From assembly GCF_006345805.1 (NCBI RefSeq), contig NC_043011.1, forward strand, positions 47,628,464 to 47,692,463: a DNA stretch of 64,000 nt. Reading direction: 5' to 3'. The DNA comes from Octopus sinensis (lineage: Eukaryota). Numbering within the stretch: position 1 is the first letter of the stretch; each line of letters begins with the position of its first letter. Below the pieces are notes generated by a model. It was not told where the DNA came from and did no database searches. It saw nothing but the letters and a program-made list of their open reading frames with translations. The position numbers and the translations under genes are program-made. Below are positions 13,096 to 24,240 of this stretch, piece by piece.

Positions 13096-16084
13096 GCAGT
13101 TGATGCAGAGGAAGGATTTTACAAATTTATAAACAGATTGTATAGACAAAAAAACCAATTATATCATATAGATATTGATATGACTTTGTATTTGAATTTA
13201 TTAAGGAATGCATTAGAGAGTTCAAGTTAATTAAAACTTCAGAAGAATTCAATGAGATATCATCATGATCATCTGTATTTCGATGCCCATTTTCCCATGC
13301 TAACATAGGTCAGATGAAGCTGACTGAGGTGGACATTCTACTACCAGATAATGTTCTTGTTACTGACCCTCACTTGTTTCAGGTAAGCTATATTCTTCTA
13401 CATCGTCAGACAATAAACTACTCAATGTCCAAACATGTTTTCACACCAGATTGTAAATAATGACATTACTTGTAAGGTGGCGTGCTGGCAGAATTGTTAG
13501 CATGCTGGACAAAATGCTTAGCGGTATTTCATCTGCCACTATGTTCTGAGTTCAAATTCCGCTGAGGTTAACTTTGCCTTTCATCCTTTCGGGGTCGATT
13601 AAATAAGTACCAGTTACGCACTGGGGTCAATATAATCGACTTAATCCGTTTGTCTGTCCTTGTTTGTTGTCTCTGTGTGTAACCCCTTGTGGGCAGTAAA
13701 GAAATAGGTATTTCGCCTGTCGCTATGTTCTGAATTCTAATTCCGCCGAGGTCAGCTTTGCCTTTCATCCTTTTGGGGTCGATAAATTAAGTACCAGTTG
13801 TGTACTGGGATCAATCTAATCGGCTGCCCACCTCCCCCAAAATTTCAGGCCTTGAGCTTTTAGTAGAAAGGTTTATTTGTATGGATGGTGAACTTCTTTA
13901 CAAGCAAATAACACCAAGACAAGAGAAAAGCACAAACACATGTGCATGTGCAAGAACACACAGAGACATGCACACACACACGTGTGCATGTGACAAGCAT
14001 CTTACTATTTCTTATTTCTTTACTGCCCTCAAGGGGTTACACACAGAGGGGACAAACAAGGACAGACAAATGGATTAAGTCGATTACATCGACCCCAGTG
14101 CAAAACTGTTTCTTAATCTATCAACTCCGAAAGGATGAAAGGCAAAGTTGACCTCGGCGGAATTTGAACTCAGAACATAACAGCAGACGAAATACCGCTA
14201 AGCATTTCGCCCGGCATGCTAACGTCTCTGCCAACTTGCTGCCTTAGTGTTTCTTACTGTTTCTGCTTACCAAATCCACTTGCAAGGCACTGGTTAGCTT
14301 CAGGCTGTAGAAGACACTTGCCTACAGTAGAGCAGTAAGAGTGATTCCTAAACTATGATGTTATGAACGGAAGCTCTTAACCACATAGCCATGGTGAGGC
14401 ATAGGAAACTAAATAAATTGCGTATTATTAAGCTAGTGTTTGGAACATAATCTAAAATCTGCTGATATAAAATTTAATAGGTTTTAATTTAAATATAGCC
14501 ATTTTGAAATATAGATTTTGTCTAACAGAACCAGAGATAGTCTCAGGTGATTTGGCACTGATAAATAATCCTAAATGAAGTATCATCATCATCATCATTT
14601 AACGTCTGCTTTCTATGCCAGCATGGGTTGGACGACTTGACTGAGGACTGGCAAACCAGATGGCTGCACCAGGTTCCAATCTGATCTGGCAGAGTTTCTA
14701 CAGCTGGATGCCCTTCCTAATGCCAACCACGCCAAGAGTGTAGTGGGTGCTTTTACATGCCACCAGCACGAGGGCCAGGCTGGCAGTACTAAAAAGAGAA
14801 GGAGCAGAATTTCCGTCAATTTCAGTCTCATACTGCTTCCATAAAGTCAGAATCTCTTTCCCGGAATGTCTATCTGTATGCTGCAGTGAAGTTCGGATTA
14901 ATTCATTCTGTGGTATACCTTCGACAATGTGTGTACAACAAGAATTACATAATGCACCATACTGCAATATTAATTAATTGAATATAAGAACATAACCTCT
15001 AACGTAATGTAGAGGTTGTAGTCCCTATAGGCACCGTTCTGACAACCAAATATTTGTGTTTATGATTCTAAAACTGAGGAAAGCCAACTATCCTAATATA
15101 AAATTAATGAGCTGATGGAAGGTTGCACTCCAACTCTACTTGTTGTAGTGTTCAGGTTCAGAAGCAGGAAGTAGACCCAGCAAGGAGAAAGCCCATATTC
15201 TTCTAGAAAATCATTTTACATAATATTTGTGTACAAAAAGAAAATATGCTAAATAAATCCTTTTTATCTATCAAAGCATGGATAGGGTACATTTGCAAAT
15301 ATAGCAGCTGTCACTATATTTTGATCCTTTGCCAGTACATCTGTGAAGCCTAAATGACATGGATTCATGCATGTAATGTATGCATAACACAAATGCTGAT
15401 GACTTTCAAAGATATCTGGATGCAAATATATGTGCATACATGACATATTTATACAAATAACATAAGATTCTTTAGAAAAGATTTTCATATATGGAAAGAT
15501 CAAACTAACAACAAACACATATACATGAATAGATACATGCTCACAATTATTTTTATTTATTTTTTTTTTGTATCTAATTGTCTCATATTTAATTCATTGT
15601 AATCACGATCATATTGCCTCATTAGCTGATATCTGAGCGCACATGTGGGTGTAATCGAAAGCAGAAATTCATATGCGGAGATAATGGACAGAGAGAGGGA
15701 GGGAGAGAAACAGTGTGTGTGTGTGTGTGTGTGTGTTCTTTTTTTTTTATGCTAGGCTGGGGAGCAATGACATTAAACATACATATCGGTTCTAGATAAG
15801 GTTTCCATTTCGCTGTTGCAAACATCAACAATACCACCGCAAACAATAACAACAAAAACAACAGATGTAGCTGTAAAAAATATGACACCATTTTGCCAAT
15901 TTGGAACAACTCCATTAACTTCAATCTGAAACCATTCCAGTTCACTGTCCCCTAGAGTGCAATGTGTCTAATCACAATTTTTTCTCTGACACCTCTTAGC
16001 TTCTCTGATGAAATATCTAAATAATTAATTCCTTCCAATGACTACTCTTCATACACTAAGTAACCTTCTTGAGCCAGCAAGGAA

Positions 16085-16300
16085 GCTTCTTTGTAGCCAC
16101 TAGAACTGCTAAAAATAGCAGCCAAATAACTTTCAAAATAACAATCTGCCGTCTAATGAAAACAGAAAAAGGGAAGAATACGTTAGAGGATATGGCCCTT
16201 TTGAATAAAGAACTAAATGGTTATGGCTGGAATAGTTTTTACCATTGGGCTGCAACAGAATCAGGGCTGCTCTGGGAGTTAAGCAACAGCAACCTAAAGA
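16085..16300 (+). repeat. Unclassified dispersed repeat with (CAA)n tail
   Basis: aatagcagccaaat..tcaaa.. block recurs degenerately at ~20500-20710(-), ~27220-27540(+) and ~60420-60560(-). Confidence 0.5.
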
Positions 16301-16717
16301 AAATTGTTCTTGAAATGAATTCTACTATCACAAATTAAGGCAGATTGATTGAATTATGTAACTCTAGATACAATATGCCTGAAATAAAAGGCAGAACATT
16401 TACAACTTTGAAGGACTTTGCTTTCATTTCACTGAGTCTGTTTGAGCAGAGCAATTCATTCAAAAATGCACAAAGGCAGTTAACTTCATTTAAATATTTG
16501 TTCCTAATATGGTGTTAAGATTTAAGGCAGTGAGCTGACAGAATTGACAAAAGGTGGCGAGCTGGCAGAAACATTAGCATGCTGGGTGAAATGCTTAGCG
16601 GTATTTCATCTGCCGCTACATTCTGAGTTCAAATTCTGCCAAAGTCGACTTTGCCTTTCATCCTTTCGGGGTCAATAAATTAAGTACCATTTACGCACTG
16701 GGGTCGATATAATCGAC

Positions 16718-16944
16718 TTAACCCTTTAGTATTTAAACCGGCCATATCCGGCCAAAATATTTAATCTGTTTTATGTTCAAACTGACCAGATCCAGACTCT
16801 CACACCTACCCTACAATGTTATTCTACATTAAGTAATTACACCATCAAGATCTTGAAGATATGAGATAATGCTTGATGAATTCAAATCAATGGGAATCAA
16901 TTAGCAATATGTATGATAGACTAATCAGAACACTAAAGGATTAA
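16718..16944. mobile_element. piggyBac-like MITE (second family) nested in a SINE
   Basis: TTAA-ccctttagt ... actaaagga-TTAA splits the SINE sequence gacTTAA|tccgtttgtctgtcc; a partial related copy lies at ~40096-40290. Confidence 0.8.
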
Positions 16945-18687
16945 TCCGTTTGTCTGTCCTTGTTTGCCCCTCTGTGTGTAGCCCCTTGTGTGCAGAAAAG
17001 ATATAAGAATTGCTAGTGCACCAAGCAAAAGTGCTTAGCAGCATTTTATCTGTCTCTCCATTCTGAGTTCAAATCTGACTGAGGTTGACTTTGCCTTCCG
17101 TCCTTTTGGGGGTTGATAAAATAATTACCAGCCAAGCACTGGGGTTGATGCAATCAACTTGCCCCTCCCCACAAATAGCTGGCATTGTACCAAAATACGA
17201 AACCAATTTAGTATAAAAATTTTTATCACTCAAAAGTGCAATCTGTTCACTGAAAAAAAACGTGTAACATATTTTTATTTTCAGTGAACAGGTCACAGTT
17301 TTGAGCAACAAAAATTTCAACGCTATTTTACAAGTAAATGTTTAAGTAAAGTTAACGGTTTTTGCTAGTTGCTGGATGGCTAGCTTGTATCTTCCATGCT
17401 GCAGTCACTTTATGATGTTATTAGTTTATTATGGCTTAGTATTTTTCACTCATGTACTTATTGAATATAACCACTTAAATGTTTCTGGCAAACAAGTTTC
17501 TCATCTATGAAAAGATTTGTTTTATCTGCTTAACACTACAAAGAATTTAGAACTACTGACTCTTAGCACCATTAAATGTAAGCAGAATTGATATAAATAA
17601 AGTATAAGGCAGTCAGCTGGCAAAGTCATTAGCATGCAAGGCAAAACGCTGAGCAACATTTGATCCATCTTTGCATTCTAGGTTCAAATCCTGCAAAGGT
17701 TGACTTTGGCTTTCATCCTTTCAGGATTGTGGAGGCACATGGCCTAGTGGTTAGAGCAGCGAACTTGCAGTCGAGGGATCGCAGGTTCGAATCTCAGACT
17801 GGGCAATGTGTGTGTTTATGAGCGAAACACCTAATCTCCATGCGGCTCCGGCAGAAGGTAATGGCAAGCGTCTGCTGACTCTTTCGCCACAACTTTCTCT
17901 CACTCTTTCCTCCTGCATCTTGCAGCTCACCTGCGATGGACTGGCATCCCATCCAGGTGGGGAACCTATACACCAAGGAAACTGGGAAACTGGCCCTTGT
18001 GAGCCAGGCATGACTCAAGAAGGAAATCTTTCAGGATTGATAGAATAAATACCAGTGTAGTACTGGGGTTGAATTAATCAACTCTCACCATCTCCTGAAC
18101 TTGCTGGCCCAGTACCAAATTTTGAAGCCAATATGAATAAAGTACTGGATTATAAAATGGTAGCACCCGAGTTCAAATATGTTGTATGTATGTTGTTATG
18201 TTTCTGAACAGAAATTGAAATTAGATGCTGATGCTGGATGTGTTGTTATTTTGAATTCTTTACTTGCCATTATTAGATGCTGCTGCATTTAAATGAACAT
18301 GAACTAGGGCAGCGAGCTGGCAGAAATGTTAGCACACCGGGTGAAATGTTTGGCACCATTTCGTCTGTCTTTACATTCTGAGTTCAAATTCCGCTGACGT
18401 TGACTTTGCCTTTCATCTTTTCGCGGTCGATTAAATAAGTACCAGTTACGCACTGGGGGTCAATGTGATCGACTTAATCTCCTTGTATGTCCCCTCTATG
18501 TTTAGCCCCCTGTGGGCAATAAAGAGATTAAATGAACATGAAGGGAATGTACTAACTATTCCTGCATGAGAATATTGCCAGTGTTTCAGGAATTAATATC
18601 AAAGAACCCTAGAATCCAAGCCTCATTAAAGAATCTGTTATTGTTCCTTTATAGACACACACACACAAATATTTTACAAGAAGTGAG

Positions 18688-18727
18688 AGTGACTTTGAAG
18701 TTTCATCCTGCTAGTCTTCATCAGACT
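18688..18727 (-). ncRNA. Isolated hammerhead-like motif with GUC site and degenerate stem II
   Basis: Minus strand agt-CTGATGA-agactagcaggat-GAAA-CTT(ca)AAG-T-C-act; stems I and III pair, stem II pairs poorly. Confidence 0.4.
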
Positions 18728-18946
18728 ACTTACACCCTATATATATCATCATCATCATCATTATTATCATCAATATTTAACGTCCATTTTCCGTGCTGGC
18801 ATGGGTTGGATGGCTTGGCAGAACTGGTAAGGCCAGGAGCCATGTCAGGTTCTGTAGTCTGTTTTAGCCTGGTTTCTACAGCTGGATGCCCTTCTTAATG
18901 TCAACCACTCTACAAACTTATACTGGGTGCTTCTTACATGGTACCA

Positions 18947-19306
18947 GCACCAGTGCTTTTTATGTGGCACCAGTATCCAAAACAAGGCTTTTTATATGAC
19001 ACCTTGGTTTTAGGATCTCAATTCTTTTATGCTGGGCACCAGTGCTTTTTATGTAACACCAGCACCCAAAACAAGGTTTTTTTTATGTGACACCTTGGTT
19101 TTAAGATCTCAATTCTTTTGTGCTGGGCACCAGTGCTTTTTATGTGGCACCAGCACCCAAAACAAGGTTTTTTTATGTGACACCTTGGTTTTAAGATCTC
19201 AATTCTTTTGTGCTGGGCACCAGTGCTTTTTATGTGGCACCAGCACCCAAAACAAGGTTTTTTTATGTGACACCTTGGTTTCAGGATCTCAATTCTTTTG
19301 TGGTGG
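18947..19306. repeat. ~90-bp minisatellite, 4 copies, inside a family D element
   Basis: Unit gcaccagtgctttttatgtggcaccagcacccaaaacaagg..gatctcaattcttttgtgctgg starts at 18947, 19036, 19127 and 19217. Confidence 0.95.
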
Positions 19307-19699
19307 GCAGGTCTTGTGTACAACTATATACTACATATCTCAGTCCTCTGTCATCTCCTATACGTCTCAGTGTTTTGAGATCAGCCTGCAGCAGTAAAAT
19401 GCAGCTTCAAATAAGCATCTGTCTAACATATGGCAACACAGAGTAAAAAAAAATGCAAAATGAACAAACAAATATGCTTGTATGAATGCATACACATACA
19501 CACACGTCTATTTAACTACCTATTCAATCTATTTTAATGTCAATGCTGACTTTTTGACATGCAACTTGTATTTTTGTTGATAAAATCCTTTGCCAGAATC
19601 CAATGACACTGCGTGTACTAAGGATGGCTCTTTGAATTACAAATAAAGTTCATAATGATAGGTTTCCAAACAGTTGCTGTCCATCTTAATTTCACTCAC

Positions 19700-19757
19700 A
19701 AAGAGCTCGGGTTGATTTGAAACTGCAGCAGAAGTTATTTGCACATGGTTTCGTACG
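19700..19757 (-). CDS. Candidate 58-nt internal exon (F)VRNHVQITSAAVSNQPELF
   Basis: Acceptor ttttaactttttttccaag, donor GTGAGT; phase 2 to 0, compatible with the exon at 19980-20023. Confidence 0.45.
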
Positions 19758-19979
19758 CTTGGAAAAAAAGTTAAAAGTTTTGTTCAAACTGTCATGATGG
19801 AGTAGTAAATATAAAGAAAAACAAATGAATCTAAGAATCTGCTGTGTGGATAAATTTATAAAATATGCAATTCTCTCATATGTTAGAATGCAAAAAAAAA
19901 AAACTGGTAAAACAGGAAAAAAAATGATTATATAACAGTGATAAAAAAACACCAAAAAATACATTCATTCAAATTTTAC

Positions 19980-20023
19980 AAATCGTCCCCAGATACCAAT
20001 GCTGACATCAGCAAATTAAACGA
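19980..20023 (-). CDS. Candidate 44-nt internal exon SFNLLMSALVSGDD(F)
   Basis: Acceptor ttttttccttccatttttag, donor GTAAAA; only one frame is open; phase 0 to 2. Confidence 0.42.
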
Positions 20024-20410
20024 CTAAAAATGGAAGGAAAAAATACTTCAAATAAACAACAACAGTAGTAGCAGCAGCAACAATAACAACAACTGTGACA
20101 GCAACAACAACAACAATAAAATGCAGGCATCCATTCACATTTTCCTGAGAGCTTCAAAAGATAAGATAAATGAAAAAAAAATTTACCAAAGTTTTCTATC
20201 ACATTTTCCCAGAAATTAAGCTAAATATATATATATTTTTTTTGTTTTTGCTATTGTTTAGTATTAAAATCCTATTTATTTATAATATATTTTTCCTTAT
20301 TTTTTAAGAAAAAAATATTTTATTTTTGATTTTATTTTGCTTTTATTTAAAATTTTTTTTTTCCTCTAAGTTAGATTTGAAAATATTTACACAGTAAATA
20401 ATTTAATTAC

Positions 20411-20452
20411 GAACGGCATCATTGGATAAGCTTCAATCCTTTGACTGTCACA
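20411..20452 (-). CDS. Candidate 42-nt exon CDSQRIEAYPMMPF (alternatively a conserved non-coding element)
   Basis: Acceptor ataattcag, donor GTAATT; phase 0 to 0; an island of higher GC within ~85% AT flanks. Confidence 0.28.
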
Positions 20453-20764
20453 CTGAATTATTTATTATAATAGAAGTAAGATATATGAGACAATGAATAA
20501 TGGGAAGGTGTTATTAGTGATTTAAGTGGACTGAAGTGTGTGCAGTAATGGTTTACTGATCAAGTAAAACCATAAGCAAAGGTGTTCCAGCCTTGACCAT
20601 CCCATCCCATCAGTTTACTGGGACCTAACACTGCATTGTGTAATGTAACATTGTTTTCTTTCAAGACAGCATGGTATGATTTGAGGGTGATTTGCCTACT
20701 ACTCTTGTTTGTCAGTGTGAAGGAGCATGGTTAGGGATTAGGGCACTTGGCTCACGATCGTAAT

Positions 20765-21000
20765 GCGGCAAGCTGGCAGAAACGTTAGCACGTTGGGTGA
20801 AACGCTTAGCGGTATTTCGTCTGCCGTTACGTTCTGAGTTCAAATTCTGCCGAGGTCGACTTTACTTTTCATCCTTTCGGGGTCGATAAATTAAGTACCA
20901 GTTATGCACTGGGGTCGATGTAATCAACTTAATCCGTTTGTCTGTCCTTGTTTGTCCCCTCTACATTTAGCCCCTTGTGGGTAATAAAGAAACAAAGAAA
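20765..21000 (+). mobile_element. SINE family B (ggcgagctggcagaaacgttagc head; Meta/MESC-like gtcgactttgcctttcatcctttcggggtcgataaattaagtaccag block; AAAGAAAT tail)
   Basis: Further copies at about 4005-4230(+), 5740-6360(- cluster), 13478-13860(+ x2), 14005-14245(-), 16520-17210(+), 17605-17725(+), 18308-18530(+), 39293-39690(- x2), 43260-43490(+), 45745-45975(-), 56455-56790(-), 59845-60062(+). The domain name is from recall. Confidence 0.88.
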
Positions 21001-21778
21001 CAAATTATGTAAAGTAACCTTTTCTTCTTTCAAGACAGCAAGGTACGATTTGAGGGTGATTTGCCTACTACTTTTGTTTGTCAGTGTAACGGAGCATGGT
21101 TAAGGGTTAGGGCATTTGGCTCACGATTGAAATGTTGTGAGTTCAAGTCCCAAAGGCCCAATGTGTCCCTGAGTAAGATGCTTTATTTCACAGCACAAGT
21201 TCAATCAGCTGACAAAAATGCATAGTACCTGCAATTCAAAGGGCCCAGCCTTGTCACAATCTGTGTCAAGCTGAATCTCCCCGAGAACTATGTTAAGGGT
21301 CCATGTGTGCATTCCACATACACATGTACCCTTAACATAGTGCTCAACTTCTTGCACGTTAATTTCATGTGCAGGCTGTTCCAGTGATCGAATCAACTAG
21401 AAACCTTGTTGTCATAACGAACATAGTGCCACAGCTATTTGCCTACTACTGTCTACTGCCCACATAACTGGCCCTCCATCAGTTGAATGGTCCAATTGAT
21501 TTGACTGACAGGATAGCCTACTTCTGAAATAACCATGCAAGTTGCTGAGCTCTCCATGGACACACTTACCCTCGGTATTGTTCTCAGGGAGATTCAACCT
21601 GACACAATGAGACAAGACTGGCCCTTTGAAATACAGGTACAACTCATTTTTGCTTGCAGAGGGGCAGCATGAAATAAAGTGTCTTGTTCAAGGACCCAAT
21701 GCACCATTGGGGATCAAACTCACAACAATACAGTCATGAGTGCTCACGTACAGTCTCTCTGGTTTGCTTGTATATTAT

Positions 21779-22141
21779 TACTAGCAGTATAGCCCGGCGT
21801 TGCTCAGCTTTGTTTCGACCCTTTAGAATTTTTGAAAAGTAAAAATTTTGCATTATGTAGCTTCTTATTCTCTTTAAGTAAACATTTTTCTGGTTGAAAT
21901 ACGCAGAAAAATGGTGACACAGCAGTAAAAAGAAAATAGGGATTTTCATAGAAAAAAAGCACCTTTTTATGTAAATAATTTTTGGTGTTAACATGGTCCG
22001 ATTTGAATTTTTGCTTCTACGGAAGGAAGAGCAAGCCTTCTTCTATCATACTCTCAATTTTGGTCAACTTGCACAGCAGGGTCTCAGAGGAGATAGTGTT
22101 AGCTGAAGGCTACCAAACCTGTCATACACAGACAACTTCAG

Positions 22142-22148
<7 letters not shown>
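21779..22148 (+). mobile_element. Helitron/Helentron-like non-autonomous element
   Basis: Starts tactagcagtatagcccggcgttgctc and ends acagacaacttcagcttt-(TA)n, resembling DINE-1/Lep1-type termini (recalled, not searched). Confidence 0.5.
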
Positions 22149-22186
<38 letters not shown>

Positions 22187-22681
22187 AATAAACGAATAGG
22201 TTTTATTTTATAGGGCTAAGACTACCTTATATTATATAATGTTATGATTGCACACTATTTAATTTCTAGCAAGTCTACTGTCTACATGCAGCTTCCCTAG
22301 CTGGCTTGCATAATATAGTGTAAAGAAAGGAATAGGTTTAACAGGAGAATTGAAACAAAGCCTTCAGCAGAAGAAATGCAAAAATTGAGAAGTAATAAAT
22401 ACAAACAATTGTAGGGTGTGATTCTAGGGCAACTTTTGTGGCTATTTCTCATAGACTGATTACATAGAACCCGAATCAGTGGTGTTTCTTTATAAATATT
22501 TGTATGAGGAAGACCAATGCTCAACAATACAATTTCTACTCTGTACAGACTTTATGTCGAATGAAATACCTCAACTCCTTTGCTTTTTTCACTTTTGTGC
22601 AAAATCCAATGCAATCACTCAACCAACTGGAAATTCCAACCAAATTTCTCTCGAAGTTTTCACTACTTGCTCAAAACAGAA

Positions 22682-23210
22682 TGCCGTAAATCCTCCAGTA
22701 TAGTCCGCCCTTGAATATAATATGCAGAGGATTTTTTAGGGGACTGTACCTCTGAAAAAACTAAACTTTGTGTATAAAATGCACCACTTCTCTAACTTGA
22801 GTCGTGCGTAATTAAGCCAGCAGAACCTAGTCGAACAAACACTTCTGCACATGTGTAATACAATAATGGTGATGTTCTTAACTGTTATATGGGAATGTAA
22901 ATATGTTTGCAAATTATTTTTGTTACATGTTATTCTGTGTTCTGAATACTTCTATTTTAATAAATGTTGCTTACTGCAAGTTATGGCTGATTCTTTTATG
23001 ACTTCATTGCTTTCAGGCTTAGATTAAGGGATTTTCATGCCCTACATTACAAAATGCATCTGAATTAACATTGCTGGACAGCAAATAGATACTTGGACAT
23101 TGCTTAGAAAATATTTTTTTCATTTTTAACCTCATATATAGTATGCACTAGGGATTTTGACCTTTAAATTTTGAGAAAAAAATGCAGATTATACTCGAGG
23201 ATTTACGGTA
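22682..23210. mobile_element. pogo/Tigger-type non-autonomous DNA transposon
   Basis: TIRs ccgtaaatcctccagtata (22684-22702) and tatactcgaggatttacgg (23190-23208); TA at 23209-23210. Confidence 0.75.
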
Positions 23211-23619
23211 ACTTGGAAAATAGACAGTTCTGTATACACTTTCTAAAAAAGATAGAATGACCATATCTGAAATATTTCTGATCATAGTGAAACTTGATTA
23301 GGGGTGGATATGGCGCTAAACAAGAATAATTTCTTTTAAAGGGAATCACTTATTCTAAGAGGTTTACGTGCTGAAGGGAAACTCTCTTTGGCACACAAAC
23401 TTACCAATTCTATAAACATTATTTTTCCTGTGAAAACATTTCTAGTTTCTTTTTCCTCAATTCTTTTCTCCCCCCCCCCCCACCTTAAGGTCTGTTTATT
23501 GGGCTCACTATATAAATTCATATCTTTTAAGAATTAAGAAAATTTTCCATAACTACTTCATTCTGAAAACAATATCTAACTTGGCTAGCTCACAGCTCAA
23601 AATTACCATCTTCCTGACT

Positions 23620-24240
23620 TGACAACCATTTATTATAATGAAATCTATAACAGAACAAAGAAGAAGGTGTTGGCTGTGAAATATCCAACAGAGACTTGAT
23701 ATTGGTCAGCTATCAACAGAGCAATATGACCAGACCAGAATTCAAAAAGACAAAGGAATTCATTGTGTTCTGAGTACCACCCTTGACTCAAGACATTGTA
23801 AATACTAAAATTCTAGTCTAAATAAGTTTTGGAATTTATAATGTTACACTCCTCCTTCAGAAATTACTTAGTCCAAAATTAAAAAAACTAAAATGGTTAA
23901 TGACCTTTTAATGAATTCTACCAACATGATTGGTGCTTAGGTCTCCAAGGGATGAAAGACCAGTGATTGGATCATCAACATATTTTTCATTGAAATTAAT
24001 TTCACAGCTTCTATCGTTTCTACTGACTTTTCTTTATGTTGTTTTTATAGTGACTGGACACTGGCGACTGATAGAAAATATCTGGAATTGATATCCATCA
24101 TTTCAAAATATTCCTCTGGAATAATTAATTTATATTACAAAGAATATGACCCTAAAAGACTGGCTTTTGATATTAATGATTTCATATTGAGATTAATGCA
24201 GTCTGAATTGCATAATTTCTTAGCATTCTGGAGCTGATAT
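23620..24240 (-). mobile_element. Probable decayed RTE C-terminal fragment
   Basis: Frameshifted IPWR/DLSTNHVGR (23919-23953) and FWSGHIA (23720-23740) resemble RTE I.W.D..TN.EV.R and W.GH..R motifs in the correct order. Confidence 0.4.

Noticed and set aside
14785-14977. Coding-like segment open in three frames across both strands (e.g. HIVEGIPQNELIRTSLQHTDRHSGKEILTLWKQYE)
   Set aside because: It abuts a truncated family D element, has no convincing splice pair and no recognisable motif; strand cannot be assigned.
15400-16030. Other CTGATGA matches (about 15397, 16006, 52750 minus)
   Set aside because: None is followed by a stem II, GAAA, stem III and UH arrangement, so they are not hammerheads.
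17730-17805. tRNA-like sequence with A box (TGGCCTAGTGG) and B box (GGTTCGAATC)
   Set aside because: It continues directly into SINE body sequence and has no complete acceptor stem; it is a SINE head, not a tRNA gene.
18947-19306. Possible CRISPR-like array or 30-aa repeat protein
   Set aside because: The units are contiguous near-identical 89-91 bp repeats without unique spacers; the frame breaks between units; no cas genes; eukaryotic context.
24051-24237. Apparent terminal exon DWTLATDRKYLELISIISKY..NFLAFWS after a strong acceptor
   Set aside because: No recognisable homology and no compatible upstream exon; the opposite strand shows RTE-like motifs, so an antisense open frame of a decayed LINE is at least as likely. 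RNA-seq could rescue it.
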